Virus record (IMG/VR): IMGVR_UViG_3300050027_000006
DNA length: 64,000 nt
Reading direction: 5' to 3' (one strand)
Source of the DNA: a virus
Shown: piece by piece, positions 39,894-48,481 of the stretch
Position numbering within the stretch: the first letter of the stretch is position 1
Layout of the letters: each line of letters begins with the position of its first letter
Position numbers and translations under genes: made by a program
Notes under the pieces: generated by a model
Seen by the model: only the letters and a program-made list of their open reading frames with translations
Databases searched by the model: none
Told to the model about the DNA's origin: nothing

Positions 39894-40958
39894 ATGGCTA
39901 GGCAATGGGTCACACGAGAAGAGGTGGCGAAGCGCAACCAGTTGGGGGACGCTGTAGCGAGCCTCAGCCACAAGGATGCGCCGAAGATCACAGTCACCAT
40001 CGGTGACGCCACCGATGGTACCCCACATCAGTGGAAGAGTCGCAAGGCGGCTCGCAAGTGGGCCGAGGCCTTGGTAAACGTCCCCGTTTGGCGTGAGGGT
40101 GCCTACTACGACTACCTGTACGAGGGCGTGGCCCTGAAGCCTCATATCCGACCCCCGCTCGTCCCCGATGATGAGGTTGCGTTCGAGGGCGCATGGGAGC
40201 CGACCGATCCCTCGCTCGATGCGGCCACCACCTTCGAGGTGCCCACGGAGGCCTCACTGTCCGACCTCAAGTCCGATACGCATGTGGCCGTAGTCGATGC
40301 GCTGGGACTCACGAGGGACCCTCCCCACTCCCCCAACCTGACCACCCTCTCGGAGGGTGCACTGACGTGCCAGGAGTCCGTCTACGTGGGTCCCGAGTTC
40401 TACCTGTGCTCCAAGTCGGAGGGTCATGGTGGCGCCCATCAGGACCAGCCGAAGAACTTCAGGTGGGGTGAGTCGAGGTACTTCCCACTCGATGATGAAC
40501 CCTTCGATCCTCAGTGGCAGGAGAAGCTCGGAGTACAGCCCCACTTCGAGGTACCTGAGGCGCTCGATCCTGCCGACGTGGACTGGGAGGAGATGGCCGA
40601 GTTCCCCAAGATGCTCCTAGCTCAGGGACTCCCGGCCAGGTGTCAGAGTGTCTGTAGTGTCGATGGGTCCCAGTGCATCTTCCCCGACATCCACACCACC
40701 GAGATCAACGAGTACCCCGCATGGCATGAGAGCGACACCTGCAGGTCATGGAGGATCGGCCTGGCAGACATCACTCCCCAGGAGCACACCGACACCCTCA
40801 ACGAGTTCCTCGATTTCCTCGATGCTCTAGAGGAGCTAGGAGTCCCCGAGAACATCGGTATCACGGTAGCCTACAAGGACAGCAACTACACGTGGAGAGG
40901 GTACTACTGGTCCCTCACACATGAAGTGGATCTCCTCTCTGCGGACGGACTCTACTAG
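39894..40958 (+). CDS. hypothetical acidic protein
   Basis: RBS GAGGGAGAGA; 354 codons; no motif recognised. Confidence 0.7.
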   Translation: MARQWVTREEVAKRNQLGDAVASLSHKDAPKITVTIGDATDGTPHQWKSRKAARKWAEALVNVPVWREGAYYDYLYEGVALKPHIRPPLVPDDEVAFEGAWEPTDPSLDAATTFEVPTEASLSDLKSDTHVAVVDALGLTRDPPHSPNLTTLSEGALTCQESVYVGPEFYLCSKSEGHGGAHQDQPKNFRWGESRYFPLDDEPFDPQWQEKLGVQPHFEVPEALDPADVDWEEMAEFPKMLLAQGLPARCQSVCSVDGSQCIFPDIHTTEINEYPAWHESDTCRSWRIGLADITPQEHTDTLNEFLDFLDALEELGVPENIGITVAYKDSNYTWRGYYWSLTHEVDLLSADGLY

Positions 40959-40963
40959 GGTAC

Positions 40964-41016
40964 TACCTGGGTATCCAATCTCTCTACCATATGGTAGATA
41001 CTTAGATACCCAGGTA
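40964..41016. repeat. nested inverted repeats (12-bp outer arms, 14-bp inner palindrome)
   Basis: TACCTGGGTATC (40964-40975) pairs with GATACCCAGGTA (41005-41016). These arms enclose the perfect palindrome CTACCATATGGTAG (40984-40997). The structure starts 6 nt after the stop at 40958. Confidence 0.7.
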
Positions 41017-41044
41017 CACCAACATCGAATGAATATGCAGGTAG

Positions 41045-41659
41045 ATGTATAATGACCCATCTAGGGACCTGAGGAAAGTGCGCATCAAGAAGTGCAAGAA
41101 CGGCTGTGATAAGCGTGTGTGGCTCGATGGTGAGTGCCGCCCGTGTTGGCGCATCACGCAGAAGAAGCTCAAGCTCTCGAAGCCAGGACCACGTAGACCC
41201 GATGGGACATTCGTCAAGCAGTCGAGGTGGGTCAAGGAGACATCTGCCCGCTTCGAGATCTACCTCATTGAGGGACCCGGATGCTGGTATGTGGGGTCGA
41301 CCTTCAAGACAACCGAGCAGCGGTTTCCAGAGCACATCAGAGCCGCCCGTCGAGGGAAGGTCAACACACGGTTGGCCCGTAAGATGAGAGAGCTAGGGCC
41401 GGAGAACTTCAGAGTCAGGGTACTCGAAGTTGGGTACGGAGATCCCGGTCCGGTCGAGCAGCATTGGATCGACCGCTATGAGCGCAGCAAGGGTGAGGGG
41501 GTGAATACGGTGAAGGCAGCTAGCCGCACACTCACTAAGTCGATTACCACGTTGACAGTGCTCCCGTCGACTGCTAGAGTCGTTCCGCTCAGCCCCGCAG
41601 GGCAGAAGGCCTTGAAGATGGCAGAAGAGCGCCAGAGGAAGTACGGAAGGTCGATATGA
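41045..41659 (+). CDS. GIY-YIG homing endonuclease with N-terminal Zn-ribbon extension
   Basis: FEIYLIEGPGCWYVGSTFKTTEQRFPEH. N-terminal CKNGCDKRVWLDGECRPC. The start is uncertain. Confidence 0.8.
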   Translation: MYNDPSRDLRKVRIKKCKNGCDKRVWLDGECRPCWRITQKKLKLSKPGPRRPDGTFVKQSRWVKETSARFEIYLIEGPGCWYVGSTFKTTEQRFPEHIRAARRGKVNTRLARKMRELGPENFRVRVLEVGYGDPGPVEQHWIDRYERSKGEGVNTVKAASRTLTKSITTLTVLPSTARVVPLSPAGQKALKMAEERQRKYGRSI

Positions 41660-42189
41660 ACCGACAGGACACATGGACACGGTTCGTCCGTGACATCACC
41701 GCATGGCAGGCCCGCAACGGTCATGGCCCCGTGGGACTCTCGACCGACCCCGAGGACTACGTGCGAACCCCCGTGTCCGCTGTGGTACTTCAGTGGCATG
41801 AGGAGGGTGTGTGCGGTGGCTCGTGTCAGTTCTGCTTCGTGCCCCCACGCTGCCCGTCCACGCCGCCGCCGTTCAAGTACGAGACGCAGCAGTGCGATCG
41901 TCCGGTCGGACACGAGGCTCCTCACTGGTTCGATGATGGCTGGTTCCGACACGAGTGGACCGAGAGCCACATGGAGTGGTGCGGCCTTGACACAGATCAC
42001 GAGGGAATGTGTCACCCTCCTCGACCGTGGGAGACCGAGGGCGAGAAGGGCCAGCCGGAGGCAGAGCCAGAAGCCCCGCCAGAGGCCCCTGAGGCTTCGC
42101 CTGAGGCTCTACTCCGCCAGGGAGCGGTCATTGTCCTCAAGGAGATCCTGAGGGCTGTGACAGCCCTTCTAGAGGAGGTAGAGTCCTGA
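41656..42189 (+). CDS. hypothetical Cys/His-rich protein
   Basis: ATGA coupling; 177 codons. Confidence 0.65.
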   Translation: MNRQDTWTRFVRDITAWQARNGHGPVGLSTDPEDYVRTPVSAVVLQWHEEGVCGGSCQFCFVPPRCPSTPPPFKYETQQCDRPVGHEAPHWFDDGWFRHEWTESHMEWCGLDTDHEGMCHPPRPWETEGEKGQPEAEPEAPPEAPEASPEALLRQGAVIVLKEILRAVTALLEEVES

Positions 42190-42830
42190 TGGGTAAGTTG
42201 AGAGTCCATACTACAGTCATCGAGTCATGTCTTGACGAGGGCAACGGGAGATGTTCGGAGGGTGCGGGAGCCGATGGACGGGTCATGAATCGTTGCGACA
42301 TCCATTACCGCAAGCATAAGCGGGAGACACGCACCGATAAATGCAAGAAGCGAGGGTGCAAGGAGAGGGCACAGATCGTCGGGCGATGTCGAGAGCATGG
42401 CAATGAACATATGCGGCGACTGAAGAAGCGCAAGAACAAGAGAGTCTACAGCACCGGCACTCTTCGAGACAAGTTCTTCCAATGGGCTGACATCACGCAG
42501 ACCGAGATCCTACCACACGAGTGGAGTGATGCCTGGCTGAGGGGTATTCGCACCCCGTGCTGGATATGGACGGGATACACAGCGGGCGGCAATCCTCGTG
42601 GCCAGATCAAGCACAACAACCAGAACTTCATGGCTTATCACGTGGCCTACGAGTTGTATCGAGGTGCGATGCCTGATGGGCTGACCTACGATCACCTCTG
42701 CTACCGACCCCAGTGTGTCAATCCTTGGCATGGTGAGCCGGTTTCAAATGAAGAGAATCGCACTCGTGGTATCGCTGCGAAGAAGCGCAAGAAGGAGTGG
42801 CTCGCTCGCCACGGGGCGGCAGCAGCGTAA
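42189..42830 (+). CDS. HNH homing endonuclease (HNH_3 type)
   Basis: CWIWTGYTAGGNPRGQIKH..AYHVAYELYRGAMPDGLTYDHLCYRPQCVNPWHGEPVSNEEN. TGATG coupling. Confidence 0.8.
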   Translation: MGKLRVHTTVIESCLDEGNGRCSEGAGADGRVMNRCDIHYRKHKRETRTDKCKKRGCKERAQIVGRCREHGNEHMRRLKKRKNKRVYSTGTLRDKFFQWADITQTEILPHEWSDAWLRGIRTPCWIWTGYTAGGNPRGQIKHNNQNFMAYHVAYELYRGAMPDGLTYDHLCYRPQCVNPWHGEPVSNEENRTRGIAAKKRKKEWLARHGAAAA

Positions 42831-43117
42831 TGGACACCCGACGTGTAGTGAAGTACGAGCTAGATACGGTCGAGCAGCAGATCATCGAGATGTCTGCCGA
42901 GTGCGACCTACTCACGATCCAAGAGCAGCAGGGCAAGCTCGTGCTGTGGGTCCTGGCGTGGGACGACGCCGACATCGAGGAGCGTGTCTTCTACGTGGTG
43001 AGGACGGGAGACACGGTGCCTGAGGTCGAGGGCTGGTCGACGCTGGCCTACTGTGCTACAGTCCAAGGCAAGCGTGACCGAGAGTGGCACGTGTTCACGA
43101 CGATCGACTTCTGGTAG
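42830..43117 (+). CDS. conserved phage hypothetical protein
   Basis: TAATG coupling (internal Met of track ORF 42797). VKYELDTVEQQIIEM...LVLWVLA...VVRTGDTVP pattern. Confidence 0.6.
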   Translation: MDTRRVVKYELDTVEQQIIEMSAECDLLTIQEQQGKLVLWVLAWDDADIEERVFYVVRTGDTVPEVEGWSTLAYCATVQGKRDREWHVFTTIDFW

Positions 43118-43125
43118 GAGGATAG

Positions 43126-43497
43126 ATGACTTGGCCCGGACTAGGGTATAAGTGTTGGTACTGTCAGCAATGGGAAGATGTTGACGGCGAGACCCTACAC
43201 TGTTGCTCATGTGAACAGCGCAAGCCGGAGGAAGACTTCAAAGCGGATAAGCGCTATCGTTCTCGGAACAACCGCAGCCGCCAGTGTCTAGAGTGCAAGG
43301 CCGCAGGAGCCGCTCTTCCGAGGGAGAGGATCTATGACGGTCTCGGGAACTCAGACATTCCTGCCGTCCCGAAGGCCATGAGATGCGTCTTCGATAGCTT
43401 TGACTGTGGTACGGATCGAGAGCAGTTCGATGGTACCATCTACTGTAAGCGCCATCTAAAGATCTACATGCGCACATGTGCTAGAAGAGGAGCATGA
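43126..43497 (+). CDS. Cys-rich protein resembling the N-terminal DNA-binding module of HNH endonucleases, without a nuclease motif
   Basis: RBS AGGAGG. CWYC..CCSCEQRKPEEDF....CLECK. Lower GC. Confidence 0.6.
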   Translation: MTWPGLGYKCWYCQQWEDVDGETLHCCSCEQRKPEEDFKADKRYRSRNNRSRQCLECKAAGAALPRERIYDGLGNSDIPAVPKAMRCVFDSFDCGTDREQFDGTIYCKRHLKIYMRTCARRGA

Positions 43498-43643
43498 TGG
43501 ACTGCCCCGCAACGACACCCCACGCCCACTCAGGTGAGCACAACTGCATCCTGGCCAAGGGCCATGAGGCTGAGCTACTGCTGACCGACCACCAATGCGA
43601 GTGCGGACGGAGGTGGCATGATGGAGAACCCGCTGACGGCTGA
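43494..43643 (+). CDS. possible 49-aa Cys/His peptide
   Basis: ATGATG overlap with the upstream stop; MMDCPATTPHAHSGEHNC..HQCECG. Overlaps the next gene by 26 nt. Confidence 0.35.
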   Translation: MMDCPATTPHAHSGEHNCILAKGHEAELLLTDHQCECGRRWHDGEPADG

Positions 43644-43827
43644 CAAGGCCCGCTCGATCGGTGAATGGCTTGCTGTGTGCGACAAGGTTGTGCTAGACAT
43701 GCTAGAGCGTGACACCACAACCACCGAGGAGCAGAAGGCCGAGGCTCGTGAGTTCTTCGAGGGTCACGAGATGCAAGAGGATCTCAACGGCTACGCCGAC
43801 TGGCTAGAGGCACAGGATGACGCCTGA
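43618..43827 (+). CDS. hypothetical protein
   Basis: ORF track; 69 codons, acidic. Confidence 0.55.
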   Translation: MMENPLTADKARSIGEWLAVCDKVVLDMLERDTTTTEEQKAEAREFFEGHEMQEDLNGYADWLEAQDDA

Positions 43828-44230
43828 GACGGATGATCGAGTAGACACCGTGCCCGTGAAGGGCTACTGGGGTCTCGCCATCCTAGTGTGCGCCATCGTG
43901 TTCCTGCTCGTAGCGCTCGTGAGCATCCTGGGCAACTGGCACTGGCTCTACACGCTACACTTCGGCTACCTCTGGCCGAGCATCAAGGGCAACGGTCCCG
44001 AGGCGCTAGCTCAGACCGTGGTGTACTTCATCATCGCTGCGATCTTCATCCCCGTGGTGCGGAAGTTCATCGCTCGGGAGTTCGCCAAGGTGCACCACTC
44101 GATCCATGTGCATGGCACCGAGATCACTGCGCACCTGCACCACATCGCCAAGTACACGGATGGCGTGCCGCCGTTCGAGCACTCGGACGAGTACAAGGCC
44201 CACATCGCCAACCATCAGGAGCCATCATGA
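43817..44230 (+). CDS. membrane protein
   Basis: Two hydrophobic segments (WGLAILVCAIVFLLVALVSIL, VVYFIIAAIFIPVV). Confidence 0.65.
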   Translation: MTPETDDRVDTVPVKGYWGLAILVCAIVFLLVALVSILGNWHWLYTLHFGYLWPSIKGNGPEALAQTVVYFIIAAIFIPVVRKFIAREFAKVHHSIHVHGTEITAHLHHIAKYTDGVPPFEHSDEYKAHIANHQEPS

Positions 44231-44379
44231 CCGCCGAGCCGTTAGGCCATGCCCACCTCATGCGTGTGTGCCAGCACGATGTCGTCGTGTTGCAGTGCAA
44301 GTGCGTCGGCCCGAAGACCAAGGTGCTCGTGCCGTGCCCGCCATCATGTGAGTTGACAACGGACCCCGAGAGCGAGTAG
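44227..44379 (+). CDS. 50-aa Cys-rich protein
   Basis: ATGA coupling; the C-terminal part of track ORF 43888..44379. Confidence 0.5.
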   Translation: MTAEPLGHAHLMRVCQHDVVVLQCKCVGPKTKVLVPCPPSCELTTDPESE

Positions 44380-44388
44380 GGTCTGCCC

Positions 44389-44586
44389 ATGCCCACGTAC
44401 ATGAACCGCACGGAGCTTGCTGAGCACATGCGCCAGCACGACATCGAGGACCCGATCCAGCCGGAGTACGAGTGGCACTACGACGACAAGGAGTGGTGGA
44501 CGGACGCAGAGCTACGTGACGCTCACCGGACCGATCACAAGTACCAGCATCAACTGAGCCATACCCACGAGGAGGGGACAATCTGA
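44389..44586 (+). CDS. hypothetical protein
   Basis: ORF track; 65 codons. Confidence 0.55.
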   Translation: MPTYMNRTELAEHMRQHDIEDPIQPEYEWHYDDKEWWTDAELRDAHRTDHKYQHQLSHTHEEGTI

Positions 44587-44762
44587 TGAAGGTCGACCTG
44601 ACTGACTACGAGATCGGTGACTTCACGAGCTACTACGCCTGGTGCACGGTCCCCGGCTGTGCGTTCATCACCCCCGACTACGACAACGAGCGGAAGGTCG
44701 TGGAGGACATCGAAGAGCACTACGCCGACGAACACGACGCCGAAGACAGCCAGGAGGACTGA
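44586..44762 (+). CDS. 58-aa acidic protein
   Basis: TGATG coupling at both ends; MKVDLTDYEIGDFTSYYAWCTVPGCAF.... Below the track length cutoff. Confidence 0.5.
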   Translation: MKVDLTDYEIGDFTSYYAWCTVPGCAFITPDYDNERKVVEDIEEHYADEHDAEDSQED

Positions 44763-45136
44763 TGGGGTACTACTCACGACTCGACGGATCGCTGATGTTC
44801 GAGCCACCTCTGTCGCATCAAGCCGCCAAGGACTACCAGCTAACGTGCAAGCCGGGCTGGCAGTCCGTCTACTTCGTGATCGACAAGGTGACCCGAGAGA
44901 CAGTGGACGGAACACTCACGAGCCTCACGTCCTCCGTCATCATGCCGCACGACGAGAGCGGCAAGTATTACGACATCGAGGACGACATCCGTCGCTTGCT
45001 GAGCTACCTGCCAGACCGCACCTTCACGGGGTACATCGAGCGTGATGGCGAGGAGCAGGGCGACATCGAGCGCTACACCGTCGAGGATGGCAAGCTCGTG
45101 ACCAAGAAGGCAAAGGTCGTGTGGAGTGGGGAGTAG
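44762..45136 (+). CDS. hypothetical protein
   Basis: TGATG coupling; internal Met (MGYYSRLDG) of track ORF 44642. Confidence 0.6.
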   Translation: MGYYSRLDGSLMFEPPLSHQAAKDYQLTCKPGWQSVYFVIDKVTRETVDGTLTSLTSSVIMPHDESGKYYDIEDDIRRLLSYLPDRTFTGYIERDGEEQGDIERYTVEDGKLVTKKAKVVWSGE

Positions 45137-45299
45137 GAAGAAGCTCCGACGCATCGAGGCTGCCTCTAACAAGGCCAACTCCTCGCCGCCGAAGGACACG
45201 CTCCCCCAGGAGTGGTACGATGATGCGATGTACGAGATCGAGCACCGACCGGACCCGGACTACCCCGGCTTCTGTTGGTGCGGACAGGAGCTACACTGA
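45126..45299 (+). CDS. possible 57-aa protein
   Basis: GTG start. ...QEWYDDAMYEIEHRPDPDYPGFCWCGQELH. Its TGA overlaps the next ATG. Confidence 0.4.
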   Translation: MGSRKKLRRIEAASNKANSSPPKDTLPQEWYDDAMYEIEHRPDPDYPGFCWCGQELH

Positions 45300-45532
45300 T
45301 GACCATCGTCAAGGAAGGCCCACCCCAACCAGGCCAGCACTCGTGCACCGTGCCGAACCCACGTGAGCACACCGCTGGCACGGTGTGGTGCTGCCCGGAC
45401 TGCCATCGACTCTCGATCGTGGAGGCGGGCGACTTCTTCGGCGTGGACTACAACCGCTGGCGCTTCGAGACCGCCAAGGAGCGGAAGAAGCGCTGGAAGG
45501 CTGGCCGGGTCTACAAGGAGGAGCTACTGTGA
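45299..45532 (+). CDS. Zn-ribbon mini-protein
   Basis: ATGA-type coupling; CTVPN..WCCPDCH. Confidence 0.55.
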   Translation: MTIVKEGPPQPGQHSCTVPNPREHTAGTVWCCPDCHRLSIVEAGDFFGVDYNRWRFETAKERKKRWKAGRVYKEELL

Positions 45533-45999
45533 CCGACGAACCGATGATCGAACGGTTGGAGCGATTGGAGCGGGGGGCAACGCCTGGACCGTGGGAGGTC
45601 ATGTTCGACTACCTCGACGCCCGCCCCGGCATCGAAGCCCCAACGGTGGGGTTCAGCGTGGTCATCTACGGATCGCCCGACGACCCCACTGACGAGGTTG
45701 GGGTGCAGAAGATGGAGGACGCCGCCCTCATCGTCGCCATGCGAAACGACCTTCCCGCCCTCCTCTCCCAACTCAGGGAACAGAGGGACCGAACGAGTTT
45801 CTGGGAAACGCTGCACGATGAGCGTGTGGAATCCCTGGAAGCCGAACGGGATAAGGCGCTGAAGATGCGGGACTACTGGTACGCCGAGTTCAAGCGAACC
45901 GTCGATCCTGTCATCAACCCTCACCGATGCTCGTCGGAGTGCGCCGATAACCCGACGTGTCCAGTGATCCGGGCATACGACCAGGAGGACCGCAAGTGA
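45529..45999 (+). CDS. Ead/Ea22-like protein
   Basis: GTGA coupling. RGATPGPWEV and DAALIVAMRNDLPALLSQLRE motifs are typical of Ead/Ea22-like phage proteins. Confidence 0.55.
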   Translation: MTDEPMIERLERLERGATPGPWEVMFDYLDARPGIEAPTVGFSVVIYGSPDDPTDEVGVQKMEDAALIVAMRNDLPALLSQLREQRDRTSFWETLHDERVESLEAERDKALKMRDYWYAEFKRTVDPVINPHRCSSECADNPTCPVIRAYDQEDRK

Positions 46000-46238
46000 G
46001 TGAGGACCGAGCGACACCGACATTCTGGCTGGATGAGGACGGTCGCCACGTCTGGTGGCGGCACCACTGCACGCATCCGAGCGTGGAGTACCCCGAGTCG
46101 ATGCTGCCGCTCTACGACAGCGGCTGGACGCTGGTGAGTGCCGATCCCATCCACGTCGAACCGTCGATCCTCTGTGGCAACCCTGGCGGCTGTGGAGTCC
46201 ACGGCTTCATCAGAAACGGAAAGTGGGAATGGGCATGA
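45996..46238 (+). CDS. hypothetical protein (DUF6527-like C-terminus)
   Basis: GTGA coupling; ...VEPSILCGNPGGCGVHGFIRNGKWEW. Confidence 0.5.
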   Translation: MSEDRATPTFWLDEDGRHVWWRHHCTHPSVEYPESMLPLYDSGWTLVSADPIHVEPSILCGNPGGCGVHGFIRNGKWEWA

Positions 46239-46465
46239 GCGACCAGTTGCAGATAGCGATGAACGCCGCCGAACACTGGCAGGCCCGTGCCCTCGCCGCC
46301 GAATCCCGTGCCACCGCCCTCGCCACAGAGAACCAGGCGATGCGTGCCGAGCGTGACGACCTGGTAGAGCAGTTGACCGTGTGGAAGGCCGCATGGGCGC
46401 AGTTGGCCCGCAATCAGGTTGGACCCATCGCCGCCGCCTACGACCAGGAGGAAGGTTCACCATGA
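46235..46465 (+). CDS. coiled-coil protein
   Basis: ATGA coupling; internal Met of track ORF 46055. Confidence 0.55.
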   Translation: MSDQLQIAMNAAEHWQARALAAESRATALATENQAMRAERDDLVEQLTVWKAAWAQLARNQVGPIAAAYDQEEGSP

Positions 46466-46653
46466 CCGTTTCCATCGTCGTCTACTGCAACAAGTGTGAC
46501 TACTTCCGGGCGACTGCCGTGTCGGGGCCAATCGGCACTCACGGCTGTATGACCTGCGGGGGGGCAATGGCCGTCTATGTCGCCCGAGGCTCCGACCCTG
46601 GCCCCGATTACACCCATCTGCCCCCCGTGGCAGACGAAAGGACTACCGAATGA
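46462..46653 (+). CDS. Zn-ribbon mini-protein
   Basis: ATGA coupling. CNKCD..CMTCG. Ends ...PPVADERTTE. Confidence 0.55.
   Translation: MTVSIVVYCNKCDYFRATAVSGPIGTHGCMTCGGAMAVYVARGSDPGPDYTHLPPVADERTTE
46626..46643. repeat. 18-bp direct repeat, left copy (CGTGGCAGACGAAAGGAC)
   Basis: Identical to 47306-47323. Contains the RBS GAAAGGA of the gene starting at 46650. Confidence 0.8.
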
Positions 46654-47348
46654 CCTACTACAAAGCAACCCGCTTAGACGGCACCTCGTTCTACGACTCC
46701 ACGACCACGTGGAAGGTGGGGCGCATCACCCGCCACCCGAATCCCGACACGTCCAAGGGACTGTGCTCGTCCGGGGTGCTGCACATCAGCGACGCACTAG
46801 CCGAGACACTGACCGGTGGATCGTGGCCCTGTCGGCTGTTCGAGGTCGAACCACGCTCCGCACTCATCAGCGGGGACGGCCACAAGCACGGCTGCGCCAA
46901 GGTCAAGGTAGTGAAGGAACTCCCCGCCTGGATGGCCCTCGGCCCCAACGGTGAAGCGATCGTCGCCCACATCGAACGGTGCAGGACCATCACGGCAGAC
47001 CAGGCGCAACGGTTGTCCACCGCACGGGACGCCGCACGGTCCACCGCACGGGACGCCGCATGGGACGCCGCACGGGACGCCGCACGGGACGCCGCACGGT
47101 CCGCCGCATGGGACGCCGCATGGGACGCCGCATGGGACGCCGCACGGTCCACCGCACGGGACGCCGCACGGTCCGCCGCACGGTACGCCGCACGGTCCAC
47201 CGCACGGGACGCCGCATGGTACGCCACACTCGCCCTCGTCGTCCGTGACCTCATCAGTCCCGAGCAGTTCGATCTGTTGTACGGACCGTGGGCCAGCGTG
47301 TTCGGCGTGGCAGACGAAAGGACGGACGATGATGCACAAGCTCCATGA
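46650..47348 (+). CDS. protein with globular N-domain and [RW][DSY][AT]A tetrapeptide repeat array
   Basis: MTYYKATRLDGTSFYD...GLCSSGVLHISD N-domain, then about 17 units RDAA/RSTA/WDAA/RSAA/RYAA. Confidence 0.7.
   Translation: MTYYKATRLDGTSFYDSTTTWKVGRITRHPNPDTSKGLCSSGVLHISDALAETLTGGSWPCRLFEVEPRSALISGDGHKHGCAKVKVVKELPAWMALGPNGEAIVAHIERCRTITADQAQRLSTARDAARSTARDAAWDAARDAARDAARSAAWDAAWDAAWDAARSTARDAARSAARYAARSTARDAAWYATLALVVRDLISPEQFDLLYGPWASVFGVADERTDDDAQAP
47016..47227 (+). repeat. 12-nt in-frame tandem repeat (about 17.7 units)
   Basis: Units (c/t)gg-(gac/tcc/tac)-(gcc/acc)-gca. All six frames are open here, which produces several shadow ORFs. Confidence 0.9.
47306..47323. repeat. 18-bp direct repeat, right copy
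   Basis: CGTGGCAGACGAAAGGAC. Supplies the RBS of the gene starting at 47329. Confidence 0.8.
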
Positions 47349-47619
47349 GTGGACGCAGGATGGAGTGCAGTGGTACTGCCTCGCCTACGACCATGGCCCG
47401 TTCTGCCGACAGTGCAAGACCATCCCGCTCGGACCCGAGGGCGGCGTAGTGAGAATGCTTCTCACTGAGATCGAGTCGAGGGACAAGGAGCTTGACAGGC
47501 GCAAGCCCTTCCAAGTAGGGTTGTGCCAGTGCAAGATCGACCATGACGGACTGAGGCCACACGTCGAGTCGAAGAAGAACTGCATGTACTGGTGGCCGCT
47601 AGCAGAGGAGACAGCCTGA
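47329..47619 (+). CDS. Cys-rich hypothetical protein
   Basis: Internal MMHKLHEW of track ORF 46951. RBS GAAAGGA. CRQC..CQC. Confidence 0.6.
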   Translation: MMHKLHEWTQDGVQWYCLAYDHGPFCRQCKTIPLGPEGGVVRMLLTEIESRDKELDRRKPFQVGLCQCKIDHDGLRPHVESKKNCMYWWPLAEETA

Positions 47620-47927
47620 TGGCATGGGGTAAGAAGAAGACGACCGAGACAGCACCCACCGAGGTGGAGAGCGTGAGTGTCGCCGTCAGTGGCGTCCTCA
47701 CGGTCAAGAGCAAGTACGAGAGCGAGAGCGGCTACTACTCCGTCCAGCTTGAGTACCCAGGTAACATCCTCGACAACAACCGCATCGAGAAGGTCGACCT
47801 GCGTCCTCGCTCGCAGGAAGAGTTCGACGTGTTCGAGCCGGGCCAGCGTGTGACGATCGGCGTGCAGCCGTGGATCACCACCCCCACCGAGGATGCGCTC
47901 GAAGAGGAAGAGGATCTCGCTTCATGA
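47619..47927 (+). CDS. hypothetical protein
   Basis: TGATG coupling (MAWGKKK...). Confidence 0.6.
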   Translation: MAWGKKKTTETAPTEVESVSVAVSGVLTVKSKYESESGYYSVQLEYPGNILDNNRIEKVDLRPRSQEEFDVFEPGQRVTIGVQPWITTPTEDALEEEEDLAS

Positions 47928-48022
47928 AGCGTGAGGGACTGATCGAGCTACTGCGCCGCAAGTTCGAGCGTGAACTCGTGATGTGTTCGCCCGACCCGAG
48001 GAGCGACCGTGAACAAGCGTGA
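47924..48022 (+). CDS. possible 32-aa peptide
   Basis: ATGA coupling; MKREGLIELLRRKFERELVMCSPDPRSDREQA. Confidence 0.3.
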   Translation: MKREGLIELLRRKFERELVMCSPDPRSDREQA

Positions 48023-48257
48023 GCGAGAGCGGATACACAAGCGGCTCGACCGAGTGCTGGACGCCGACGACGCAGCCGCAGAGGCGGAGAAGGCCATCGT
48101 CAAGCATGAGCGTAGCGCTTGCGCCGGATGCGAGGAGAGGCCGTGGGGCTGCAAGGAGTGGGAGAAGTTGGAGTCCGACTACATGACCGCCGAGGACAAG
48201 TCTGACCGTCTCGTGCGTGACTTCACTGGTGTGCTGTCGAGAGTGACGTGGGGATGA
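48009..48257 (+). CDS. hypothetical protein
   Basis: ORF track; GTG start. Confidence 0.5.
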   Translation: MNKRERERIHKRLDRVLDADDAAAEAEKAIVKHERSACAGCEERPWGCKEWEKLESDYMTAEDKSDRLVRDFTGVLSRVTWG

Positions 48258-48481
48258 TGGCCGGCAGCGTGATGCGCATCGAGATCAACGTAACGGGCGA
48301 CGGCCAGTGCGAAGGGGTCATCGAGGTCGGAGTATGCTATAATGGCACGTCCGTTGAGCCAGAGGAGATCCCCGCCGAGGTCGAGCAGATCATCGGCTTG
48401 CTCAAGATCCTGCCGTTCGAAGGACTCACACCCGACAAGACAACGTGCCCGACGTGTGCGGGCGTGGGATTGGTAGACTGA
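48254..48481 (+). CDS. hypothetical protein
   Basis: ATGA coupling; C-terminal CPTCAGVG. Confidence 0.55.
   Translation: MMAGSVMRIEINVTGDGQCEGVIEVGVCYNGTSVEPEEIPAEVEQIIGLLKILPFEGLTPDKTTCPTCAGVGLVD

Noticed and set aside
46797-47339. Multiple long ORFs over the 12-nt repeat: minus-strand 46691-47254, 46797-47339 and 46990-47229, plus + strand 46979-47248 and the first 126 codons of 46951-47619.
   Set aside because: These are artefacts of a stop-free tandem repeat that is open in all six frames. Only the 46650 frame has a globular N-domain, an RBS and start coupling.
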